From assembly GCA_036172245.1 (NCBI GenBank), contig JAYWIR010000024.1, positions 248,001 to 312,000 on the forward strand: a DNA stretch of 64,000 nucleotides, in the 5' to 3' direction. Each line of letters opens with the position of its first letter. The stretch's first letter is position 1. The position numbers and the translations under genes are program-made. This document shows positions 10,701 to 22,100 of this stretch, piece after piece. Source of the DNA: Raillietiella orientalis (taxonomy: Eukaryota). The notes beneath the pieces are model-generated. The model made no database searches and was not told the origin of the DNA. It saw nothing but the letters and a program-made list of their open reading frames with translations.

Positions 10701-12418
10701 GAGGGGAGGGGGAGAATGCGCCTGTTGTTGGGAAGGTGGAGGGAGGCTAATCCGCCGGGCGATTCAAAAATGGATCTCTCCGGTGCTAATTACATTCTAA
10801 TGGCTCCCTCGATCCGAGGCGTCCGGGGCGATCAACAGGAGCTGCTGCTGCTCCCTTTTTCCTTTTCCCTTCGCTCGACATAATGCCGTCGGTGTCGCGC
10901 AGCCAGCGACGAGGCGACGGTAATTGGAACCTCCTCTGTTCTTCTGATGCTGCTGCTGCTGCTGCCCTCCCAAATCAAATATGCACCACCCTTTATTAGC
11001 TGGTTTGCGAACCGCTTTGAAGGGGGGAGCGGGCCGACTGCGAGCCTCGAGCGTGATAACGATGGACGAATAATTAGGACCCACGGTGTCGGGGGAAAGA
11101 GAGCCTATTTCCTCCCAGTGCCTTTCAGCGAATTCAATGGGCCGCGGACAGGAAACAGTATCGATGCAGTGTAACGGCAGGCGCTAACAAAAGAGTGCAT
11201 CCCGTATCAAAAGGAGATCGAATCAATGTAACATATGATTGCCATTCTTCTGAGGCCCTCTTCAGAGTGTTTCTTTTTTTTTTTGCTTCCTTCCTTTCTT
11301 TTGAGGCCTCGACCCCCCCCCCCCGTAGGGCATCGTTTCCAGCACCATCCTTTCTTTTATTCCTTTTTTTTTTTCTTTCTCGTTTTTCTGGTATCTTTAT
11401 GCATCCCGCACACGTGTCGGCCTAGGGAGCGGCGTCCGTGCGTGGAAGCATCTCTCGCGCGCCATCCGGCCGTCTTCCGGGACCTCCTCCTCATCCTTGT
11501 TGCTTCCAGGTGTGGTTCCAGAACCGGAGGGCCAAGTGGCGCAAGGCGGAGAAGTCCTCGCACGAGCTCGACAGCCCCGTCCTGAAGGCCGCCGGCCTGG
11601 ATCCCACGCGTGGTGAGTCCGGGGCAGGCAGCGGCGCAGGGCTTTTCTTCCTCTCTTCCTTTTCTCTCCTTCGGAGGGTTGGCAGAGGGAGGGAGGAGGG
11701 GCTTCTCCTCGACTCTGCCTTAACTCCTTCTCTCTCTCCCTCACATCTCTTCCACTCTTCCCTCCTCTGAAACGGATGAGTTGGGATGGTGCGAGCCGCG
11801 CATTCCCTTCTCAAGTGCCCCGGCAGCATCCTCACACTCTCTCCCGCAGATCTGTCGGACCCAGGTGCACCGGACGCGGCGCATTTTAATCCAGGATTGT
11901 CTTCCGAAAAGAGTCTGTGGCTCAACGCAAATTATCTTTGTAGGCTTCCTCCTTATAGTAGCTTAAGAAGCTTCACGGACTCGACCGCGCCGCTGTTCGG
12001 TCCGATCGTCAGCACGAATGGTCCGGTGCAGATTCCGGAAATCTTCTCCTGCTACTTCCCTCCCTCGTCGTGTACGTAGGAGGGTTGCGGGAGGGAAAGA
12101 GAGAGCGGGTGGAGGACGGGACAGCTGCGGGGCACTGACGCTACCCGGCGCCTTTTTCCAGTGCCCCTCCCCGTGATTCCGAAAGTTCCTCCCGTACCGG
12201 AGGCCGGCGCGTCCATTTTCCGTTACGGAGGAAGGGACCCGCTCCTCAAGAGCCGGCACCCCCAGCAGCAGCAGCAGCACTTCTCCCCCGCAATGCCCCC
12301 TCTCGCTGGTCAAGTCAGGGGTGCCCCTTCTCAGAGTCTGGCAGGACGCGGCGCCATCCTCGACAGGATCCTGGTTCCGTCCGGCGTGCTCCAGCCTCTC
12401 CCGGGCACCAAGAGCTAG
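4656..12418 (+). CDS. hbn: Homeobrain-family PRD-class (Q50) homeobox transcription factor; 5 coding exons, join(4656..4797,9774..9991,11510..11612,11850..12071,12162..12418), about 313 aa
   Basis: The spliced homeodomain is [90 protein letters not shown] and LSEARVQ are Hbn-like (Rx has [30 protein letters not shown]). An N-terminal eh1 HSIDRILG is present. All GT-AG junctions are phase-compatible (1,0,1,1) and the exons total 942 nt. Exons 2-3 are secure; exons 1, 4 and 5 are inferred. Confidence 0.85.
5450..6000 (-). mobile_element. Degenerate LINE endonuclease relic in hbn intron 1
   Basis: [11 protein letters not shown] resembles the PIILGGDFN motif. Confidence 0.3.
6500..7750 (+). mobile_element. 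Degenerate LINE ORF2 C-terminal region in hbn intron 1
   Basis: RDLGY (KYLG-like) and a Cys-containing C-terminal segment. ctgcggacggatctacg at about 7463 recurs at about 46758 in another relic. Confidence 0.4.
8000..8900 (-). mobile_element. Degenerate L1/Tx1-like reverse transcriptase core in hbn intron 1
   Basis: Ordered relic motifs RKMAF (KAFD-like, about 8570), [13 protein letters not shown] (GVRQGCPLSPLLF-like) and ICLADH (YADD-like, about 8330). Confidence 0.6.
9774..9991 (+). CDS. hbn: hbn exon 2 (homeodomain residues 1-46 at 9854-9991)
   Basis: Acceptor ttcccgttttctag|GA. Encodes [35 protein letters not shown]...EARVQ. Donor CAG|gtgggt falls at the canonical PRD-class 46/47 position. 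Confidence 0.95.
10330..11250. promoter_or_regulatory. Putative intronic enhancer cluster (hbn intron 2)
   Basis: No LINE relic recognised. Dense TAAT/ATTA cores (ccaattaac, ctattaag, ctaatcgatt, gctaattac, ctaatggc, ggtaattgg, aataattag) and TAATCC at about 10544 and 10748. Confidence 0.45.
11510..11612 (+). CDS. hbn: hbn exon 3 (recognition helix [15 protein letters not shown])
   Basis: Acceptor ttgttgcttccag|GTGTGGTTCCAGAAC; donor CGTG|gtgagt (phase 1). Confidence 0.95.
11850..12071 (+). CDS. hbn: hbn exon 4
   Basis: Acceptor ctctctcccgcag|AT, phase 1. Open frame [30 protein letters not shown]...CYFPPSS. Donor T|gtacgt; 222 nt keeps the phase. Confidence 0.7.
12162..12418 (+). CDS. hbn: hbn exon 5 (terminal; Pro-rich, Q5 tract)
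   Basis: Branch-like cactgac at about 12133 and acceptor cctttttccag|TG, phase 1. [11 protein letters not shown]...[11 protein letters not shown]...PGTKS* with TAG at 12416-12418. Confidence 0.7.
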
Positions 12419-12495
12419 CTGTGGGCTTGCCCTCCGCGGGGCGCGAGCGGCGACGCACACCGCCTCCGCCAGGGGGGGCAACGCACCGGGAGGTC

Positions 12496-12501
12496 AATAA
12501 A
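12496..12501 (+). terminator. Polyadenylation signal AATAAA of hbn (a second copy at 12782-12787)
   Basis: Canonical hexamer about 80 nt after the predicted stop codon. Confidence 0.55.
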
Positions 12502-13699
12502 CACTCTCGAGCGACCGCTCCCGCTCGCATGGGGCTTGTCAATGGTGACAAGAGGAACCTGGAGCGAGTGCACCCGCCGCCGAACAAAGAAGGATGTCGA
12601 CCGCCGGGAGGACCTCTTCATCTTCCCTGAACGCCGGACCTCACGCCTCATTTCCTCCCAAGCGGTCGTTAATGGAGTCTCAGCCGCTCGCGAGGCGCGC
12701 GCGGGCGAGGAGGAAAAAAAAAAAACAAATGCCAGCAGTGATGGGTCGGTTGACGTCCCTCGACCTGCCCGAGGACACGTCAATAAATTGGGAGAGGCAG
12801 GGAGGGAGGGAGAAAGGCAAACAGATCGCGCTCGCTCGCTCCGCTGTCTCGAAGGGACGGCCGAGGCGCCGCCCGCCCGCCGTTTGCTCCTTCGCACTCC
12901 GCTTTTCCCGAGGGCGGACGCGCCCCGGGAGGTTCGGAGGGAGGGACGCTCAGCCTGACGACGGCCCCCGCTCTCGGAGGGATCTCCTCCCGAAGGATAG
13001 AGAACACGCCGTACACATTGCCGGGATGAATTGATCTTTTCAGGAAGAAGGGAGGAGGATGAGGAGGAGGCTTGAAGCATGCCGGTCGTGTTCGCTCGCT
13101 CCTGGCCCCTCCTACTGGCCCGAGAGAAGGCTCCGTGGGGAAAGCCGACGGTGGCACCTCTTTAGGATGCGGTGGCTTCTCGAGGGCCGAGGCACCGGAA
13201 AGAGAAGGGGCAGCGGCGCTCTCCCGGGAGGAGATTGGCGCTCTCTTTCTTGCAGCCTCTTCTGCCAGCATGCGCGGCTCCTCCTCCATCGTCTCCCAGA
13301 TTTTTCCCTGTCCCTTTCTTTCTCCACACCTCCTTGCTCTCCCTGAAGTTTCCCTTCCCAGAGCAGGAGGGAGGAGATGGGGAGAGAGAGACCTAGAGGT
13401 AGCGGACGCCCTTCCCTTCGACCTTCGGGGAGACGGCAGGCAGACCAAGACCGAATCTCTTCCTCCTCGGGGAATCTGCCTGCCCTCTTTCCCATCCCTC
13501 TCCCGCGACGGGGCTCTCGGATGGCAACGCATTGTCGTCGCCTACCAGCCAGCCCTTCGCACTTTTCAATTAACAAGAGGAGCAAGGTGCGCGCATACCC
13601 ACGGGCCATCAATTAGGAGGTCGCTATCTAAGGTCCCCTTAATGGGATCGTCTTGTCCTAATGGCACTCACACGGCTGTCCGGAACCGTCCGCAGTAAT

Positions 13700-14560
13700 C
13701 AGCGGTCTCACGAATCCGGGAAGGGTGCACGCACCTCGCCACTCCCCTCCCGGGACCACCTCGTCTGCCTGCTGCCGTCTTCGCGTGCAGGACGGAGAGA
13801 AAGAGGCTTCTCTCTCCCTCCCCGTGCCCCTTTCCTTCGGAGTCCCTCGCTCCCTCAGCCAGAGAGAGAGTGGCTGGGTGGAAGCAACTGTATGCGGGTA
13901 GGCGAAGAGGAAGGGATGGGGGATGGGGGAGTTCAACCGGTCTGATCCACTTGGAGCGAGAGAAATCTCCCAGGATTGCTGCATCCTCCTCACAGGGTCA
14001 AGACTGCCCTTGAGCACGATCCTAAGTCGGACTCTCTTCGGATCGAGGGGTGGAGGGTGAGACTGTTTCTGAACATGGAGTGAGTCGGACTCTCCTCGGA
14101 TTTCTTCCTTTCGTCCCACGACGCCGATTTCCCTTTCCTGTTCGGCAAGGGAAGAAGATCATGTGAATTCGAAGACCCCATCTTCTTGGACTCGATCCCT
14201 TCGATCTTTCACGGAGCATCGGCGCCTACAGCAGGAGGGGCGTCGGGCGAGTGGAATCCTGGAGTGCGTCCCGGCTGCTTTTAAGAGAGGGAACAAGGAA
14301 TGGGGACACCCCTTTCTGCTTTCCTGCTTTTCTTCGGGCATGGTCCAGAAAAGACTGAGGGATATTCTGGAATCGCAAACGTACTGGAGAGGTTCATTCA
14401 TTCTCTCCATTCCTTCTCCAGTTATAGGGGGTAGCTCCGGGAAAGGGGTCACCCTATGAATACAGGAAGCTCTTCGGAGAGGAGAGTCCGTCCGTCTCGC
14501 GCCTGCATCCAACCAAGCGCCCTCCCGTTCCGCTTGATACACGCCCTTAGAAACTCCCGG
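13700..14560 (-). mobile_element. Degenerate Tx1-like ORF1 relic
   Basis: PKRVRLRIVLKGSLDP... followed by FAYPHTVASTQP and a decayed knuckle-like region; weak. Confidence 0.3.
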
Positions 14561-14799
14561 AAAACGACGATGACGGAGTGGCGTCCCCCTCCCCCGCCAC
14601 GATTGTGTCAGCTTGCCCTCTTCCGAGAGCGGGAACAGTTCGCGGTTCTCTCATCATGAACCGACCCTGTCCGTCGTTTGAAGGGAGACATCAGACGACC
14701 GCTCCTACGACTTCTACCCGCGTCTCCTCCTCTGGGAGCTACAAGCCCACTGCCGGGACCCAAAAACCTTCCCGGAAGTGTTTCTACGCCTGGTCTTCC

Positions 14800-17400
14800 G
14801 CCTTCGCAGCCCTGCACCTTTTGTAGGAGAGTAATTCTTCCTGAACTTTCTGAGAAGGATCCCGGAGGCATTGGCTGTTGTCCCGGAGGGATTAAAGCAT
14901 GTGGGGCGGAGAGCGAGTTCAGGGTCGTTGCACATCTTGTCGCGTGAGTGGAAGGAGAAGGGACAAGGTTTCCTGAAAGGCGGCGCTCGAGTCTCTCGCC
15001 ACCCAGCCGATGCCAGGTTGACCCCCGAAGATGGAAGCACCGGAAACGCCAATGTCGCATCGCCGTCCAAGCAGCAGCCGAATCCGGTCGCGTTTACTTC
15101 AGAGATTAGAAGGGAAAGGGAAGGAGGAAGGTCGCACATCGGCTATCCATCCGGAAGGATTCCGAGGAAAGCGACCGATCCAAGGCGCTTTCTCGGGAGC
15201 TCGGCGCGCGACCTCTTTGCCTGGAAGGTCGCGGCCGAGGCCGGATGCAGTTACGATTTCAAGATGGGATGCCTTCCGATTCCCGGACTCGAAACCTGTT
15301 CCAGGAACGATCGCTTCCCGATCTGGCCTCTTCCTCCGCCAGCCTCCTGCCGATCCCTTTCGCCGGAAGTGAGGCGTTTAGTTCCGCTCTGTCCTTCCGG
15401 TATCCGGTCCGAAAGGGTTGTCTCCGAAGCGCTCCTGTCCGCGACTCTGGTGCTGGGAGGCTGCTCGAAGGCCTCAACGGAGCATTATTCTGGTAGCCTT
15501 TGGCTGCAGTGACTTTGCATAGAGGTTCCTGGGTGGCGACCGTCATCCTCAAAGGCGAAGGCTTTCCCTGGTGGCTTCTCAGAAGCGCACCTAGGGGTGT
15601 TCCCGATCTCCGACATCCAAGACTGGGAACCTCTTGCACAAAAGAGCACCTTTTCTGTGGCGTTTGAGGAGCTTCCCGACCGCCGAAGGTTTTAGGCGGC
15701 TGATCTTTTCCTTTGGGAAGAGAAGTCGTGTCGTGCAGATAAGGAAGCGCCCCCTTCCCTCCAAAGACGGCAAAGGAAAAAGAGGATCTGGGAACACTGT
15801 CTAACTGATCGTGAGGCATCGGTGCCTTTAGAGAGGTGGGTTCTTCCGGGATCCCAGAGGATGACTCTCTCCGTGGAAGACCCAGGAAGGACGGGCGTTT
15901 CTGGATCCATCGACTAGGAAGAATCCATTCGCGTCCTGCAGACTTCCTTCTGGAATTGTGCTCTGCCCCTAAGGACTTTCCAGAGGCAACGCACTCGAAG
16001 CTCTTGAAAGCTTGTGTCTGATCGACCCCAACACTCCGGGAGCCTCCCCCTAGCAGAGCAATAAAGGAAAGGTCTCGGAGTTCCAGGTGCTGTTCGCTCT
16101 CGCCTGCATCCCTAGAAAGCTACCTCATCGGCAACGGCTGATCCACAGTGTTGCCATGGAGGTGAAAAGGAAAGGAAAAATACACTTTTCATCTGCAGTC
16201 ATTAATTTTTCCTCGCATCCGGAATAGAACGAGTGATCTCAGAAAACCTAGAGTTCAACCTTAACACTTTGACATTTCCTGGCCGGCTTCCGAAGAAGCG
16301 ACCTCTCCCCGATGGAAAAGGTGCTGCAAGAAGCTCTCGAGATGCGGGCAATACGAATCGCTGCATTCCTCGAGTCCCGTGCAGCATGGCGGGCGGGATC
16401 AAGGCACGGAGACTCAGGGGCGTCCTGACCTGAGGCAGCAGAGGGGAGCAATTTCCCGGTCTTCTCCCTCTCTCCCGATCCTTCAGCTTCCCAGGCGGCT
16501 GCTGGCGTTCGGACGACTCCCGGCACTAGGCGGAACATCCGTGGTTTCTGAAAGGCCGCAACTTGGATTGGCGACCTCGCTGAACTCTGGTTCGATCACT
16601 GCATTCGAAGATTTATCGGAGAGCAGCTGCTGAATGGCTTCGGGAGGGCTCTCAAGCATGGGTCTCTTCTCTTCCTCTCGTGCTGCACACCTTTAGAGCA
16701 GTGCTTATCCCTTCCGTCCAGAGGAGTGAACTCGGTAATAAAAGCAACCTTTGGTGCGAAGCTTTTCTCAGCAGCTCTGGCGTGATTTCGGAGCGCTCTG
16801 CGCAAGATCACCCAGTTTCATCATCAATTAATTTTATAGAATGCTCCTTCCAGTTCCTCCCCTTAGTTAGTATATTCTCCCTATTGATCCACATGCACTT
16901 GCCACCTGGAAGACCACGGAACGTCTGCTATTGGAAATCTCAACCCTTCTCGTGGTTTCAGGGGAATCCATCTTCAGAGAGATTTCAGGTGAAGATCCTC
17001 GCAAAGTTCCCTGGTTCTTGACTGATGCAAACAATGTTCACATGAGATTCGTTCAGAAAGGTCCACTTGCAGCGGGTTGACGAGTTTGGATCGATCCACT
17101 CGAAAGGAAAGGACCAAGAACCAGCTGTTACCAGCTGGGGCAGAGAGCACTGATCATGCCTCTCAAATCCCAAGCAGATTTCGACTCCCTCAGCAGGGGG
17201 CGTCTCCTGGGCGGCTGCGCGGAAGCGAAACCACGGTCGACATGAATTCCCGAAAGCCAGACTCCACACGGGAGTGGGATTGGAATGTGCCTCAGGGCGA
17301 CTGCCTCAAGGCAGCTTCCTCGATCCATCTTGGAGTGGAAGGCCATTATCCCATTCGGATCGGTAAAGAACCTCTCTTAGGAGAGATCTGCGGGTTTGTT
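14800..17400 (-). mobile_element. Degenerate LINE ORF2 (RT core to C-terminus)
   Basis: KGVQH (GVRQG-like, about 16690), LLSDK (YADD-like, about 16615) and LPSLEGRG (LPxxxGGLG-like, about 15770), in colinear order. Confidence 0.45.
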
Positions 17401-17749
17401 TTCTAGTAGAGAGGGACACACAGAAGTAGATCCTGGTGAAATGCAAGGAACCGTCGCTGATCTCGGGTGGACCCACAGGGTGAATGCTTCGGAGTTTCGG
17501 AGGAGACGCGGATTAGAAGCAGTTTCTCCCTCCCTTGTCTTCATCTGGCCCAGGATCGAAAACAGAAACACAATCCTTTCCGGAACCACAGGAAGAAATC
17601 AGGGAGAGATAGCCACAATGTGACAAAATCAAGAGGCATACGGGAGGAGAAACTAAATGCACAAGAACTAAAGAACAGCTACTTGGTAGCTGTTCTTGCC
17701 AACTGGGTAGAACTGCAGAACGAAGAGTGGGAATCGCTACAAAATGAAT

Positions 17750-18030
17750 CTTTTCCGCATATGACCTCTCCACTCCTCTCTCTACCATTCGATCTCACCT
17801 CCTACAGTACCATCATCACTCCTTTCATCTCATATCTTCCTTGACTTGTACAACTTTCCTACATAAATCAATCTGCTGATACTCAACAAAATCATCATCA
17901 GAGACCATTAGGGATAACCTAGACAACCCGATCAATCAAAACACTCATCACCCTCCTACTCCTCATTAACCTATCAAGCCCGCACCACATGCATTCAATC
18001 GTCTTAGACGACAGGCTCTACACTCCCCTT
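17750..18030 (+). mobile_element. C/A-rich CR1/L2-like RT fragment
   Basis: Strong G depletion on the + strand. DLTSYSTIITPFISYLP (..NYRPISLLPFLSK-like) then ITLLLLINLS (LILLDLS-like). Confidence 0.35.
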
Positions 18031-18449
18031 TCCCGAAGTTCTAGAGGTCATGTGCTGTTCTCGAAGCAAACTGAAGCGAGGAAAGCAAGCAGCAGGTCTG
18101 ATGCGCTTGAGACGAACAGGAACTTCTGACCAAAATTCAAACGCTGCAATCCTCTGAAGGTCTTACATTTCTTTTTTAGAGGGAGCACGTAGCTGCTAGG
18201 AAGAAGAATTGGCGGAGTGGTATTCAGACCAGTTGCCGGGTCCCCTGGTTGCTATGGAAAGCAGCTGACAAAGGTTCGGAATAAAGTCCAGGGAAAAGGT
18301 ACTGAAAATACGAAAGCGTTATCCCAGCTCCCGAACAAGGTGCTGGTGCTCATGAGAGAAATACCGAGGAAGACCAGACCGCCTTTTTCCCGAGATCACT
18401 GATCCAGATTGACAAAGGAACTCTGAGCGCTCCAGACGATGATTTCCTA

Positions 18450-21400
18450 CACATCTTCGCGGTGTGTGAAAAGAAACTCTGAGGATGGGTCAAACCTGTC
18501 AAGTGGCCAATACGTTTTGATGGAGGGCGAATTGTGGGTGGGACTCGTGACCGAACAAGGGATGCGTTGCAAGGATTTCTTGAATCACGAACCTGGTCGG
18601 TTAGGGATTCTGATGATGTGGCGTCGAATGAGTGGGACGTGGTGTGCCTGATGCACAGACCTGACATCTTCATCCAGGGCAGAGGTAAACGCGCTATTTT
18701 GCAGGATCCGGTGAACGCGTTTCGGAAATATCGCCTGCATTCATCTCGAGTGCTCTTGCTGAACGAAGTCGGGAGGGGAAGCTTTCCCCGTAGCAACTCC
18801 TCTCTGACTTCTCTCTGGAAGCGAACTTTCAGGAAATGAGAATTCCCATTCCAAACTTTTTTCTGGTGCTTTTGAGAACCGTTCCTCTCTGAAGACGCAT
18901 GTGCTTCTAGTCCTGCGGTGACACCTGCTTGGAATTTCACAAATTCCAGTTGAAAGATCACCTCAGAATTCTAAATCATCTCTCTCTTCTTCAGGAAGAA
19001 GCACATGCCACTTTCTCATTCAGGATGCTTCCGGTTCGAATTGCCGATTCCGCAGACGATCAGTCCTGGGTAGAAGGTGGTTGGTGATGATGCGAGTGGA
19101 GAGGAGACTGAAAGAGAATGTTAGCGAAGCGGATTCCTTGATCCGTGGACATACTTCCACATCTCACAATCTGAAGTCGAAATGGAGCCAAAGGTCCTAG
19201 GGGAAGAGCTCATTTTCTTCTTTGAAGTGCAACCGGAGGAAGAATGGCTTAAGCGCATAGCATCCCGATGCTGACGACGAAGCTTTTCTCATAGATTTGA
19301 TGAATTAAAGAAATCAACCACTAGAATGCTGCTAGCATCCGACTGGAAAGTGAGCTGAAACTCTGCAGACAATCTGTCTGCGGAAGAACCGGAGAAAACT
19401 AATTTTTCGAGCATCCCTTTTTCGGGCTGCCATGCTGCCGTCCCTTCCTGCACTATTTTGCCTTAATGTGTAGTAGGTGTCGTTCGTTCCCACGATCGCT
19501 GATGCAAAGGGCAAAAAGCTTCCTTTTCTTCCTATCCAGGATGGATGACCTCAGTCCCTGGTTTCCGGCTACGAAAGCAAAAGTTAGATGGTTCCAACGA
19601 TGGCTACCAGCACGTCATCTCATGAGGACGCGTTCAAGAATGCCGCCTGACTGTCATCCCACTGCTATTCTCACATCGTTTTCAAGAAAATATTGCACCA
19701 TGAAAAGCTCTTTGTTTCTTCCAGACAGCTTGGTTACAATCTGGATCTCCTTGACAAAGATCTGAAACCGAACTATGGACTCTAGTTGAATCCATCTCAC
19801 AGATTTTCATGATCACTTTTTGTGCATCATCTCTGCAGCCCCAGATCTATCGATAAGATGAACAATAAGTAGGTGTTCATTTTTGCCATCTATCCAGATC
19901 TAGAGGCATAACAAGTGGTTGGGGAGGGAAGCATTCCAAAAAGAAATGCAGAGGTCTTTCTATAGGGGGAACGTTCCTGCCTCATTGAAGCTTTTCAGCG
20001 CTACACGCAGCAAACGTTTGGAGATGAAAATCAGGAGTTTTGAGCTGCTCGAGGAAAAAGGATCATGGGAACGGGCACACATCCGTTCAGGCAGACTTTG
20101 CGAATGTACTGACGATCACCAGATGGTGGCTTGTATCGAGAATGACCAGAGACTTTTTCAGGAACGAGAGTAATTGGAGAGTGCTTCTCCCTGCACTGAA
20201 AAACAAAGACAAGTCTGTGGTTCAGTTCTCAGATAACTGCATTTGTGACTCCCTCATATCCGCAAGAATCAATATAGATGCTGAAGATGCATGCGCTCGT
20301 TCAGTTAATGGAACTCGGCAACCCTGGAAGGCAACGGATTTTCGATAGAAACACCAGGTTGTGTTATCCAGACCTTCCAAAAATCTGGTCTTCAAATCCA
20401 TGCTTGCAAGTTCTTCAGACAGTGGTTTCGGCTGTGATTCCTAGGTGTTCCAGAGGGAGAACCAGAAATCCTGGAGGTGATTCTTAATGGCTTGCACGAC
20501 CCAGAAACTCAGACGATGGGAGTGGGCAATGAGAAGTACAACTTTTTCCAAATGCTTCGTGGCAGCTGGAAAAAGGAAGTCTTTTCCTTTATTTCCTGAG
20601 TCTCAGGTGTTGAGTTCAAAAGCGAAGATCAACTGCTAAAGCCGTCGTCAATTCTACGGAAAAGTGGAATAAGAAGTTGGTGGGTTTCTGGAAATGAGAG
20701 GGGAATACACACATGAAAGAAGAGGATAACGGAGAAACCTCAACGGTTCTGGGAGCACTCACTAAGCCTTCATTTAACTGGACCAACTAAATTTAGAACA
20801 TTTGGACGACTGCTTAGCATACCTGCATCTTAGAGGAGATCGGAAACGTTTTCGTACTGCTTCTTGGACAATAACTGTGTCTTCAGCTGCCTTTCACTGA
20901 TGAGCCATCCTAGGAGTGCAAGTACTTCATCAGTTCACCTTAAGTAGCAAGCAATTCATCTAGGCAATCTGAGGTCCTGTTTGGTCAGTTTTATGAAGCT
21001 GCAGAATCAATCACAGATCCATCTTCCACCATGATCTTCCGATGGAGAAACTACATCATGGAGCATCTTCAGACAAGGAAAACCCTATCAGTTCTCAGTG
21101 TTGCTCAGTGTCCTTAAACTGTATTGCTTCAATGCCTCAGAGAGTGAGCTCTTGAGCATCGACAACGAGAGATCGGCGACTCACTCTCTGACCACTGTAC
21201 ATCGATGATCGCATTCCTGCTCAGTGTGAGTTTTCGACACCATGGAAACTCCCGTGGTCCGCGTGAACATCAGTTCAGCATACCTTGGATTCACGGGTTC
21301 ATGAACGAATATCTGGCTCATCCTTCCCATGGACTGCGCGTTTTCCATGCTCCATGCACTACGCTTCCCTTGGCGTAGGCAGCAAATCCGATGTTCTTGG

Positions 21401-22100
21401 GATCACGGGATGGATGCTTTCACAGCTTCCTCATCTATCGCGAAGGGTAAGATGGGAAGGGTCAGACGCCTTTGAAAAGCCGCCAGTGCCAGTCAAGGGA
21501 ATGTAAGATTCAGCGTTGGCGAATCGGCCATGGGGTTCGTGGAAGACGAGGATTTTGCGTAGAAAGCGTATGAAAGTTGCGGCTGGTGAGGATCACATCA
21601 CGCGTGTGTGGCAAGCAAAACAGGAGTGCCAACGGCCACGAGTACAGCTCAGACTCTTTTCGAATGTGAGAAAACGAATGAGTAGTTTCTTCAAGAAAAA
21701 AGTCTGTGGGTGGAATGGAGGAGGACAGATGCATTTTTATCACAGGCAAGCATAAAAAGAAAATCACATCCCCATGACTGCCTGGATGATGGTATCCAGG
21801 TAAGCATAAAAACGATGGTGAGGGAGGGCTGCGGAAGATTTCCCAATCTGGGTAGCGGGATGGCCCGGCAACTTCCCGAAGAAGCGTGCGGTGGCATTGG
21901 CGCGTCTGGGTATACCGAATGGAAAATTTTATGATTGGCCACACTCGTCGAAGATGTGATGGCCAGAAACATTCGTGATCCTCGGGTGTCACCCAGATGA
22001 GCAGCCTTAGGATGAGTAATTTTCTAATCATTTCCGGTTCCTATTCGCATACTCGGAGTAATTCGGCGGAAATTCATTGCAAGACTTCGCATAAGCAAGA
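18450..22100 (+). mobile_element. Degenerate LINE ORF2 relic(s), probably more than one copy
   Basis: QDPVNAFRKYRL (about 18700), DADD (about 19268) and PEEACGGIG (GGLG-like, about 21880). Confidence 0.4.

Noticed and set aside
9854..11551. Calling the homeobox gene Rx or aristaless/Arx
   Set aside because: Diagnostic residues ([26 protein letters not shown]) fit Hbn better, and no Rx or OAR domain is seen. A phylogeny is still needed for certainty.
17750..18030. Nuclear mitochondrial insertion suggested by the strand skew
   Set aside because: I recognised no mitochondrial protein or RNA gene motif; weak CR1/L2 RT echoes fit better.
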